Assembly (NCBI GenBank): GCA_965221955.1
Contig: CBDCTA010000029.1
Location: forward strand, 64,001-128,000
Reading direction: 5' to 3'
DNA: 64,000 nt
Origin: Gammaproteobacteria bacterium
Lineage (GTDB): Bacteria > Pseudomonadota > Gammaproteobacteria > UBA4575
Made by a program: the position numbers and the translations under genes. Below, in pieces: positions 51,775 through 60,680 of the stretch. Numbering within the stretch: position 1 is the first letter of the stretch; each line of letters begins with the position of its first letter. The notes below the pieces were generated by a model. It worked only from the letters and a program-made list of their open reading frames with translations. It ran no database searches and was not told the origin of the DNA.

Positions 51775-52809
51775 ATGCACTATGCACATTCCAGTCGCCG
51801 ATCGATAAATATATGGCCAGGATTTGTTGATGCACTAGCCGCATTGTTGATGGTAATCATCTTTTTGCTGTTGATATTTTCAGTTGGGCAGTTTTATTTA
51901 TCCGAGGCTTTAAGTGGCAAAGAAAAAACTTTAATCGAATTAGATAGACAAGTGATTGAGCTTGGTGAGTTACTTTCACTTGAAAAGAGTACTTCTGCAA
52001 AGTATGAAGAAAAGCTAGGTATTTTGACTGCTCAGTTAGCAGTGCAGGGTGAAAATACTAAGCTTTTGCAGTCAGATGTAGATTTACTCATGCAAATTCG
52101 TGAGCAACTTGAAAAAGAAGTCGCTAGTTTGACCAATAACTTGCAGCAGGGTGAGGAAACATTACGGGCTGAGAAAGAGGTCTCTGCAAAATCACTTGCT
52201 CAAATTGAAATGCTTAATCGACAGGTCAAGGCACTGCGTGAACAGCTCGGTGCAGTCTCAAAAGCATTAGGTTTAGATTTAGATACTGAATCTGAGAGTA
52301 TAGAAAAGCTTTCAGAGCGCTTGAATGTAGCTTTAGCTGAGAAAGCACAAGAATTAGCACGTTACCGATCAGACTTTTTTGGCCGTTTGCGAGAGGTATT
52401 GGGTGAAAACCCCAACATACAAATCGTTGGTGATCGTTTCGTTCTACAATCCGAGTTATTATTTGAAAGCGCCTCTGCGGAACTTGGAGAAAAAGGTAAA
52501 AATCAGGTCAAAATTCTTTCACAAACCCTCAATTCAGTAGCTGAAAACATACCGAGTGATATCGAGTGGATTGTTCGCATTGATGGACACACGGATCGAA
52601 GGCCTATTAGTACCCCGGAATATCCTTCAAACTGGGAGTTATCTACAGCACGTGCGCTAGCAATTGTAAGATATATGATTTCTCAAGATGTACCCGCACA
52701 ACGACTTGCCGCAACTGGTTTCGGAGAATTTCATCCCTTGGATGCCAGTAAAACACAAGAAGCGTATGCAAAAAATAGAAGAATTGAAATTAAGCTTACT
52801 TCAAGATAA
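51775..52809 (+). CDS. MotB/OmpA-like peptidoglycan-binding protein with coiled coil
   Basis: WPGFVD TM with conserved Asp; DGHTD, NWELSTARA, NRRIEI. Confidence 0.85.
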   Translation: MHYAHSSRRSINIWPGFVDALAALLMVIIFLLLIFSVGQFYLSEALSGKEKTLIELDRQVIELGELLSLEKSTSAKYEEKLGILTAQLAVQGENTKLLQSDVDLLMQIREQLEKEVASLTNNLQQGEETLRAEKEVSAKSLAQIEMLNRQVKALREQLGAVSKALGLDLDTESESIEKLSERLNVALAEKAQELARYRSDFFGRLREVLGENPNIQIVGDRFVLQSELLFESASAELGEKGKNQVKILSQTLNSVAENIPSDIEWIVRIDGHTDRRPISTPEYPSNWELSTARALAIVRYMISQDVPAQRLAATGFGEFHPLDASKTQEAYAKNRRIEIKLTSR

Positions 52810-52818
52810 TTATTCACA

Positions 52819-53643
52819 ATGAAACTATCTGAATATTATCCCAGCGATGTTTTTGCTCAGCGAACGGTTTTTGTTACCGGTGGAGGGAGTGGTATCAATC
52901 TAGGCATTGCGAAGAGCTATGCATCCGTGGGTGCGCAAGTCGCGATTTGTGGTCGTAACGAAGACAAACTGGATCAAGCTAAACATGAGTTAGAAGATAT
53001 AGGTGCTAAAACGCATGCAGTAGTTGCAGATGTGCGTGACTTTGATGCCATGCAAGATGCATGTGATGAAATTCAGATTGCTTTGGGAGCGATTACAGAT
53101 TTAGTGTGTGGTGCTGCGGGTAATTTTTTATGTCCTGCAAATCAAATGAGTGCGAATGCGTTTCGTACCGTAGTGGATATCGATTTAAATGGTAGTTTCA
53201 ATGCAAGCCGTGCGGCATTTGATCAATTAAAAGAAACGCAAGGTTGTGTATTAATGGTTTCGGCTGGACAAGCCTACATGCCATATTCACATCAAGCGCA
53301 TGCAGGAGCGGCCAAAGCAGGTGTAGAAATGTTGGCAAAAAATTTAGCCCTTGAATGGGGACAATATGGTATTCGTGTTAACACTGTGGTGCCAGGACCG
53401 ATTGAAGGTACGGAAGGCGTTAAGCGACTCACAAATGAGAAACAAAAGCACATGTTATTGCAGTCCATCCCTTTAAAACGTTTGGGCTTAGCTGAAGAAA
53501 TTGGTCAAGTTGCAGTTTTTCTATCTTCACCCTTAGCGTCATATATTACTGGTTCACAGATCGTCTGTGATGGAGGTATGAACCTGTCAGGCTCAGCGTT
53601 GTTTAATATGGGTGCTATGCAAAATAGTACACAACAAGAATAA
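52819..53643 (+). CDS. SDR oxidoreductase, 2,4-dienoyl-CoA reductase-like
   Basis: TGGGSGINLGIA, GAAGNF, HAGAAKAG, PGPIEGTEG. Confidence 0.85.
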   Translation: MKLSEYYPSDVFAQRTVFVTGGGSGINLGIAKSYASVGAQVAICGRNEDKLDQAKHELEDIGAKTHAVVADVRDFDAMQDACDEIQIALGAITDLVCGAAGNFLCPANQMSANAFRTVVDIDLNGSFNASRAAFDQLKETQGCVLMVSAGQAYMPYSHQAHAGAAKAGVEMLAKNLALEWGQYGIRVNTVVPGPIEGTEGVKRLTNEKQKHMLLQSIPLKRLGLAEEIGQVAVFLSSPLASYITGSQIVCDGGMNLSGSALFNMGAMQNSTQQE

Positions 53644-53788
53644 TTTTATTAATAAGAATTAGATATTTTTATTAATAGACCGCTTATCCTTTGAAATGCA
53701 ACGCTTGTTTCTTGTCAAGGTTGTAATGAGTACTAATTCATATTTTCATGGTCCTAGGGTTATATCAACTAACGATTGGGACAAAAAT

Positions 53789-54346
53789 ATGAAAACTAAC
53801 TACTACTTCTTCATTTTAGTACTTCTATCAGCATTAATTCTTTTACCAGCGCATGCAGCTGAACAAGAGTTTTACCTAGGTGCAAGTATTGGAGAAAACT
53901 ACATCGAAGAAGACAATGTACTATTTGGTGAAGATTTTGATGATGAGGACACTGGTTTTAAAGCCTTTGGCGGTTATCAATTTCACAGAAATTTTGCTGT
54001 AGAGGCAAACTACACGGTATTTGGTGATACTGAAGATAATATTGCTGGAATTGATACTGAAGTTGAGTTTGATTCATTTGGCGTGAGCTTAGTTGGTATT
54101 GCCCCTATTGCAGATCGCTTTGATTTATTTGGTAAATTAGGTTTTGCTTATTGGGATGCAAGAGTAAAAGCTAGCGGATTTGGTTCTGATGATGAAGATG
54201 GAACAGACTTGTCTTATGGTTTAGGTGCGCGATTTAATTTCAATGAACAAGTTTCTGCTAGATTAGAGTATGAAGGTATTGATGTAGATGATTTAGATCG
54301 AGCTGATTTTCTATCTATGGGTGTTGAATTTAACTTTCAGTTATAA
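53789..54346 (+). CDS. Outer-membrane beta-barrel protein (OmpA-like, 8-stranded)
   Basis: Signal peptide from ATG 53789 (PAHA), FYLGASIG, GGYQF, YGLGARFNF, alternating aromatic C-terminal strand. Confidence 0.85.
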   Translation: MKTNYYFFILVLLSALILLPAHAAEQEFYLGASIGENYIEEDNVLFGEDFDDEDTGFKAFGGYQFHRNFAVEANYTVFGDTEDNIAGIDTEVEFDSFGVSLVGIAPIADRFDLFGKLGFAYWDARVKASGFGSDDEDGTDLSYGLGARFNFNEQVSARLEYEGIDVDDLDRADFLSMGVEFNFQL

Positions 54347-54371
54347 ATAGACACTTTAAATACTTAAAATT

Positions 54372-54410
54372 AAAAAAGCCCGAAAGTTTTATCAACTTTC
54401 GGGCTTTTTT
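54372..54410. terminator. Bidirectional rho-independent terminator
   Basis: AAAAAAGCCCGAAAGTT-TTATC-AACTTTCGGGCTTTTTT between convergent genes. Confidence 0.92.
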
Positions 54411-54423
54411 GTGATTAGTAATA

Positions 54424-55467
54424 CTATTTAATCGAATCAGGATGATATTCCGCTTCAAACATAACCCAGATGGCTAAAAAGAATGCAGCGATGATGGGGC
54501 CGATGACAAATCCAGATAAACCAAACAAACCAAGACCGCCTAGTGTACTGAGCAAAATTAAATAATCAGGCATTTTGGTATCGCGACCTACTAGTATGGG
54601 TCGCAGTACATTATCAATCATGCCAATAAGTAGCGCACCTACAACAAGTAGAATAACGCCTTTTACTATTTCACCATTGGCTAAAAAGATTATGGCTGCT
54701 GGCACCCAGACTAAGGCAGAACCTACAGCAGGTAGTATGGATAAGCCAATCATCACTACTCCCCAAAATACAGCAGACTCGATACCTAAAAGTGCAAACA
54801 TAATGCCACCCAAGGTGCCTTGGATAATGCCGACCACTAAAGTGCCTTTCACTGTGGCTCTGGAAACTTCAGCGAATTTTGATAGCAGATGACGTTCTGC
54901 ATCATCTCCGATCGGTAGTACTCGTATGATAAGTTCAATTAAATTTTTACCATCGCGTAGAAAGAAAAATAACAAATAAAGCATCAAGAAAAATAACACT
55001 GTAAACGTAAGTGCGTTTTGTCCGATATTGAGTAAATTAGTAGCGACCCATTGGCTTGTATTCAAGGCAGTACTTGAAAAGCCTTCTTTGAGCTTTTCGA
55101 AATCGATGCCAACTTTGCTTAACAAATCCGTGACTACTGGCAGGCTATTTTGCACCCATGCAATTGGCTTAGAGAAATCGTAAACACCTTCACGGATATC
55201 GTTATATAGATCTGCACCTTCATTCACAACTGCAATAGAAAGCGTGGTTGCGGGAACAACGACAGTAAATAAGATTAATAGCAAAGTAATAAATGCACTA
55301 AGGTTATTTTTATTTTTAAGTTTTCTTAAAATAAATTTATGCAAAGGCGAAAAAATAATTGCCAATGTAACGGCCCATAAAATAGGCTCGAAAAAGGGTT
55401 TGAGGATAAAGATAAATGCCAGGGTGGCAGCAACCAATATAGTAAAAAAGAAGATGTGTTTAATCAA
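54424..55467 (-). CDS. AI-2E family transporter
   Basis: LFFFLRDG, IDNVLRPILVG, GGLGLFGLSGFVIGP. Confidence 0.9.
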   Translation of the reverse strand: MIKHIFFFTILVAATLAFIFILKPFFEPILWAVTLAIIFSPLHKFILRKLKNKNNLSAFITLLLILFTVVVPATTLSIAVVNEGADLYNDIREGVYDFSKPIAWVQNSLPVVTDLLSKVGIDFEKLKEGFSSTALNTSQWVATNLLNIGQNALTFTVLFFLMLYLLFFFLRDGKNLIELIIRVLPIGDDAERHLLSKFAEVSRATVKGTLVVGIIQGTLGGIMFALLGIESAVFWGVVMIGLSILPAVGSALVWVPAAIIFLANGEIVKGVILLVVGALLIGMIDNVLRPILVGRDTKMPDYLILLSTLGGLGLFGLSGFVIGPIIAAFFLAIWVMFEAEYHPDSIK

Positions 55468-55478
55468 AATGAAAGCTT

Positions 55479-58400
55479 TTAAATAGTTGCGTGATTCGTT
55501 TGATTAAAGTTAGTTTTTACGTTGCCTAATTGCAATAAGCTCGGTAGTAAAATTAAAGTAAACGCTGTGCTTACAAACATTCCTCCAACAATAACACCTG
55601 CTAAACCCTTATATAATTCTGTTCCAGCACCAGGAATAATCAACAAGGGCAACATCCCGAAAATACTTGTAAGCGTGCTCATTAATATGGGTCTTAACCG
55701 TATACGTACAGACTCTTTAACTGCTTCACGTCGAGGTTTACCCTCTCGTTCAACTGTGCGTGCTTGATGGACTAATAAGATAGCATTGTTTACTACTAAT
55801 CCCAATAGAATTATAAAGCCGAGCATAGTAAGTAAGTCTGCAGGTAACTGTAGAAAGTGCAACATCAATACACCGCCCACAGTTGCTAAAGGTAGTGCAA
55901 GTACAACGAGCAAACTATCTTTAAATGAGCGGAAAAGAGCGCTGATCAATAAGTAAAGAATGATTACTGCAAGGATAAAACTGTTAATGAAGCTTTTAAT
56001 TGCAGTTTTTAAATTATCAGCTGAACCACTTAAACGAATTTCACCATCTTCAGGTAATTGCTGTTCCATTGCGGGAATAATTTCTTCTTGTATCTTTGTT
56101 AACGCTACTTCTAAAGGCATGTTTTGAGGAGGTCTAAGCTCTAGTGTTACTGTGCGACGCCGATCTAAACGTCGAATGCGATCTGGGCCTGCTGTACGTT
56201 TAATATCGACGAGCTCACCCACTGGTAGTACACCACTAGCAGGTGTGTAAAGTGGAATAGCAGCTAATTCTTCAGGAGTATGCCAAGGTTGAACACGTGC
56301 GATAATGTCGAGTTTTTCTTCTCCATTAAAATATTCGCCCACAAATAAACCTTGACCAAGTAACCGGGTTACGTTTGCCATGGTGCTTCGATCCCATCCT
56401 GCTTCTACTAAGCGATCTTCCTTCGGGTTCATTTGTAATTCAGGTTCGGCCAGCTGCAAACCTGGTCGAGGTCTAGCGCGTGTTTTCGGTCCGAACACTT
56501 GTGGAATTTGTACAAATCCTACTTGCGCTGCACGCAATAAACTATCAATGTCGCTGCCTTGAATATTGATATCGATTTCTGTGCGCCCGCCGACACCACT
56601 AAATAAAGAAGCTTTTTGAACGATCGCAAAGGTATCTGGAAAGCCCGAAACTGCACTACGAACCACGTTTAATGTTTGATCCACTTGTTCTTTGTCTGGA
56701 TTAGTAGCACGTGCGCCCAAGAAAATAGATCCGGCACTGGCAACAAAAAAGTAATGTTTAATGTTAGGTTCCTTTGTACCATCGATATATGGTTGCATGC
56801 GTTTAGCAATCACGTCACCCATTTCTTTTTCAATATGATCGATGTTGACACCAGGGGGAGGAATGACAATTCCAAATACTAAATTACGATTACCGGTTGG
56901 TAAGTAATCTGTTTTTGGGAAGGCTAAATAAGTTACAGCAGCTGAAACAAAAATTAATCCAAATATCCAAAATGCGCGTAGTGTTGGCGTTTTGGTTATA
57001 TTCATAATGAAATTTGTTGCGCGATTCCACCAGCTTGTGTGTAAATCTTCTAAATTGATATCAGCAGTGAATTTATACATTGCCGTTGGTATCACTAAGC
57101 TCGCAACGACGAGAGAGGTGGTAATGGCAGCAGAGATGGCTACCGCAAGGTCAGAAAACAATTGTCCGCTTTGGTCTTTTAAAAAAATGATAGGTAAAAA
57201 AATAGCAATGGTGGTAAGTGTGGATGCCAATAGGGCGGGCCAAACTTGTTTGGTGCCATCCAAAGCAGCTTGCAGTGATGACAAACCGCGTTCGCGCATG
57301 CGCACAATATTTTCTAGAACAATAATGGCGGCATCCATTACCATTCCAACTGCAAAAGCCATTCCTGCTAGTGAAATGACATTCATGGTACGCCCACTGG
57401 CTTTCATTACCATAAAGGTGACAAATAAACATAGCGGGATGGTCAAAGTCACAATGAGTGTGGCACGTAGTTTTCTTAAAAACCACCACAAAATTGCGAC
57501 AGCTAATAGAATGCCTAAACCTAAGTTGTTGCGTAGTAACTCAATTGCACTGTCAATATACACAGTTTCATCATAGACCTGTTCAATGTTTAGATTGGCA
57601 CGCTTAAAAGGGCCAGCTTCAATCTCTTTTACTGCTGCACGGAGATCACTCATGGTTTCTAAAACATTTACACCGGTTTCGCGATAGGCATTCACAGCAA
57701 TTGATTGACTGCCTTTAGTGATGACAAAATTATTTCGATCTACGGTGCGAACTTCGACTTTCGCAATATCACGCAAAGTAATGGCTTTGCCATCACGCCA
57801 CTCCAGATTGAGTTCGCTTAATTGTTGCGGTGTAAGTGCGCCGGTATAGCGTAAGGTATAACGGCGCTTACCAACATTTGCGGTACCACCTGATACATCA
57901 TCATTACCGCCTGCAAGTTGGGCTGCTTTTGGGAGTTCAATTCCAAGCCCCGCTGCTTTATATGGGTCAACTGTGATGCGTACTTCATATTCATGTCCGC
58001 CACGTACTTCTGAAAGTGCGACCCCAGTTACACGTTCAAAGCGGGTTTGTACAACTTCTTCTACAAAGTCTTTATAGGTTTCAATTGGCCGAGTGTTATC
58101 AGCATTCGGTTTAATAATGAACCATGCAATCGGTCTCCCACGACCTCCTGCTGTACTGAGTACGGGTTCGTCTGCATCTTCTGGGTAACTTGGAACTCGG
58201 TTAAGCCGATTGATGACTTCGATGAGCGCACGGTTTAAATCATAATCAACTTCAAAAGTAATAGTGATTTTACCACTACCAATACTGGCTTCTGATAACA
58301 GTTCTTTCATGCCCGGTAAGCCGCGTAGTTGTTTTTCCTGCGGTTCAATTATTTCGGACTCAATCTCTTCCGGCGCTGCTGCACGCCAACTGGTCGTGAT

Positions 58401-58538
58401 TACAATTTCAGGCTGCTCAACTTCAGGTGTGAGTTGGATAGGCAAACGGTCTAGGGCGAGAACACCGAAAATCCCAACAAGTAAACAGGCAACAAGTGTT
58501 GCAACAGGATTACCCAATGCAAGACGAAGAAAATTCAT
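55479..58538 (-). CDS. RND efflux permease (AcrB/AcrD/AcrF family)
   Basis: 1019 aa; VGMVMDAAIIVLENI, GLVVNNAILL, RLRPILMS. Confidence 0.95.
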   Translation of the reverse strand: MNFLRLALGNPVATLVACLLVGIFGVLALDRLPIQLTPEVEQPEIVITTSWRAAAPEEIESEIIEPQEKQLRGLPGMKELLSEASIGSGKITITFEVDYDLNRALIEVINRLNRVPSYPEDADEPVLSTAGGRGRPIAWFIIKPNADNTRPIETYKDFVEEVVQTRFERVTGVALSEVRGGHEYEVRITVDPYKAAGLGIELPKAAQLAGGNDDVSGGTANVGKRRYTLRYTGALTPQQLSELNLEWRDGKAITLRDIAKVEVRTVDRNNFVITKGSQSIAVNAYRETGVNVLETMSDLRAAVKEIEAGPFKRANLNIEQVYDETVYIDSAIELLRNNLGLGILLAVAILWWFLRKLRATLIVTLTIPLCLFVTFMVMKASGRTMNVISLAGMAFAVGMVMDAAIIVLENIVRMRERGLSSLQAALDGTKQVWPALLASTLTTIAIFLPIIFLKDQSGQLFSDLAVAISAAITTSLVVASLVIPTAMYKFTADINLEDLHTSWWNRATNFIMNITKTPTLRAFWIFGLIFVSAAVTYLAFPKTDYLPTGNRNLVFGIVIPPPGVNIDHIEKEMGDVIAKRMQPYIDGTKEPNIKHYFFVASAGSIFLGARATNPDKEQVDQTLNVVRSAVSGFPDTFAIVQKASLFSGVGGRTEIDINIQGSDIDSLLRAAQVGFVQIPQVFGPKTRARPRPGLQLAEPELQMNPKEDRLVEAGWDRSTMANVTRLLGQGLFVGEYFNGEEKLDIIARVQPWHTPEELAAIPLYTPASGVLPVGELVDIKRTAGPDRIRRLDRRRTVTLELRPPQNMPLEVALTKIQEEIIPAMEQQLPEDGEIRLSGSADNLKTAIKSFINSFILAVIILYLLISALFRSFKDSLLVVLALPLATVGGVLMLHFLQLPADLLTMLGFIILLGLVVNNAILLVHQARTVEREGKPRREAVKESVRIRLRPILMSTLTSIFGMLPLLIIPGAGTELYKGLAGVIVGGMFVSTAFTLILLPSLLQLGNVKTNFNQTNHATI

Positions 58539-59602
58539 GAGTCCGCTTGAAGCGGTGCAACGGTAACTGGCATTCCTGGGCGTAAATTTTCTCCTCCACG
58601 AGTGATGACAGAATCACCTGCTTGAATTCCACCAATGACTTCGATGCGACCAAGATCAGAGATACCTGTTTCAACTTGTATACGTTCTGCAATGGAGGCT
58701 GCATTCACTCTAAAAATGTAAACCCCTTCTCGGCGAAGGACTAAAGCATCACGAGGAACTAGAATTGCTTCGCGAGCATGCTCTGTGGGAATGGCCACAC
58801 GTAGTAATTTTCCTGCGACTAAAGTTTCATTATCAGTGCTAATACGCAATTCATATAAACGTGAAGCGTCGCCACCAATTGGAACCAGTGCCCGAACTTT
58901 TCCATGACTACTATTTGTTCCATCTATATAACTTAGTGGTGTGCCAATGGTGACAAATCGCAAACTGCTTGCAGGAATATGTGTTTGAATTTCAAGATTA
59001 CTGGAGCTGACTAAACGAATTATCGTGTCCCCATTGTTGGCCCATTCACCGCTTTGTAGCAACCGTTCTGATACCACACCATCAAAAGGCGCCGTAATGT
59101 TAGTGCGACGCAAGCGCTCTTGAGCTTGTGCAAGACGAGCTTTTGCGGAAGCCATATTACTGCGCGCCACAGCTTGGTCTGATATAGCTTGGTCTAATTG
59201 ATTGCGAGCAACGTTGTTATCCGTTAGTAATTCTGTAAAGCGCTTAACTTCTTTTGTGTGCAAATCATATTTTGCTTTTTCGCTTTGGATGATTGACTGT
59301 TCTTCGATAACTTGTTGTTTAATGAACACATCATCTAATTTAACAACTGAGTCACCCGCTTGGACACGATCCCCAACTTCTGAGACCCAAGTAATGCGGC
59401 CAGCAAGTTCTGCAGATAAATTTGCATCGTCACGACTAATTACTGTTGCGGAATAGAATGCAGTAGGTGCAATGTTTTCTTTTACAGCATGTTCCACCAC
59501 AACAATCGCAGGAGGAGGTCCTTTCCTTTCCTCTGCATGAAGCTGCGTTACAAGAACAAAAAACAATAGGAGACAAACTAAGTGTAAGTGATTCATAAAC
59601 AA
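58535..59602 (-). CDS. RND periplasmic adaptor (membrane fusion protein)
   Basis: Lipoyl half-motifs (GDRVQAGD, ITAPFDGVV), helical hairpin; overlaps the RND gene start. Confidence 0.93.
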   Translation of the reverse strand: MFMNHLHLVCLLLFFVLVTQLHAEERKGPPPAIVVVEHAVKENIAPTAFYSATVISRDDANLSAELAGRITWVSEVGDRVQAGDSVVKLDDVFIKQQVIEEQSIIQSEKAKYDLHTKEVKRFTELLTDNNVARNQLDQAISDQAVARSNMASAKARLAQAQERLRRTNITAPFDGVVSERLLQSGEWANNGDTIIRLVSSSNLEIQTHIPASSLRFVTIGTPLSYIDGTNSSHGKVRALVPIGGDASRLYELRISTDNETLVAGKLLRVAIPTEHAREAILVPRDALVLRREGVYIFRVNAASIAERIQVETGISDLGRIEVIGGIQAGDSVITRGGENLRPGMPVTVAPLQADS

Positions 59603-59692
59603 GATTGTATATGAAGAAGTGCGCTTATTTCAGAGGTTATAAAAAAATTCCTATGGTAATGCTGTAATAAAAGTAAGGATTAGCCCAAGAAT

Positions 59693-60655
59693 TTAATTAA
59701 ATGCACCACCACAGCTACTCCCTTGCCCTGCGGTACAACCATAACAATGATCTGCCACAGTAATGGCATTATTTTTTAAATCAATATTAATTAGCTCTGA
59801 TAAATGTGTGCGAATTTGATCATTATGAGGGAGAGTAAGACCTAACATTTGGTTAAAGTCACAATCATATGTATAACCTTGCCAATCCACGCTGATCATA
59901 GAACGACACATGACAAACTCAAGGTTTTCTGTGCTGTACGCATCACGCAGTAATTGCATGTATTCCTCAAATTTTCCTTTGCTAATAAGCATGCTGCCAA
60001 AGCGTTGAATAGGCATGTTAGTGATGGTGTAAAGTTCATCGAAACTGATATCAAAATTATCAGTTAAAAATTTGCGGTAATCTTGTTTTAAGCTCTGCTG
60101 AGAAGGGGGTAATTGTGGTCCTTGTGGGTTGTACACAAGAGTAAGCTTTAAATTTTTATTACCTTTTCCGTAACCCAGTACATTGAGTGCTTTAAGGCCG
60201 CGGATACTTTTTTCAAATACACCTTTACCACGTTGTTTATCCACATTTTCTTCTAAATAACAGGGTAGAGAAGCGACAATTTCAACTTGGTGTTGAGCTA
60301 AAAATTGTGCTGTATCTTCTTGGTCTGGTTCCTCCAATACAGTTAAGTTGCATCGATCCATCACGTGAACGCCTAAAGTTCTAGCTGATTGAATAATTTC
60401 TCTAAACTGTGGATGTAACTCAGGTGCACCACCCGTAAGGTCTAAGATACGTATTTCTTGTGCACGTAAATAATCAATAACAACTGCAACATTGTCTGCT
60501 GTCATCATTTCTTTGCGCTTTGGTCCTGCATTGACATGACAATGTGTGCAGGTTTGATTGCATTTATAGCCCAGATTGACTTGCAATGTTTCTAGTCTGT
60601 TACGAACAATGCTTGGGAAATCAGTCTTTTTTAATAAGTGTATAGTTTCATGCAT
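59693..60655 (-). CDS. arsS: Radical SAM Cys-rich protein, ArsS / TIGR04167 family
   Basis: CNQTCTHC, LDLTGGAPE, DRCNLT, ASLPCY, YDCDFNQML, HCYGCTAGQGSSCGG. Confidence 0.85.
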   Translation of the reverse strand: MHETIHLLKKTDFPSIVRNRLETLQVNLGYKCNQTCTHCHVNAGPKRKEMMTADNVAVVIDYLRAQEIRILDLTGGAPELHPQFREIIQSARTLGVHVMDRCNLTVLEEPDQEDTAQFLAQHQVEIVASLPCYLEENVDKQRGKGVFEKSIRGLKALNVLGYGKGNKNLKLTLVYNPQGPQLPPSQQSLKQDYRKFLTDNFDISFDELYTITNMPIQRFGSMLISKGKFEEYMQLLRDAYSTENLEFVMCRSMISVDWQGYTYDCDFNQMLGLTLPHNDQIRTHLSELINIDLKNNAITVADHCYGCTAGQGSSCGGAFN

Positions 60656-60680
60656 TATAGATTTTTATTGAATGTATTAT

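Noticed and set aside
50792-52809. Zorya anti-phage system
   Set aside because: No zorC/D/E neighbours, no long ZorA-type tail, and the context is housekeeping.
43887-60655. Selenocysteine (UGA) recoding in SelD or ArsS
   Set aside because: Both ORFs are uninterrupted with Cys at the relevant motifs (CGGC; SSCGG). The split genes elsewhere in the window are frameshifts, not in-frame UGA.
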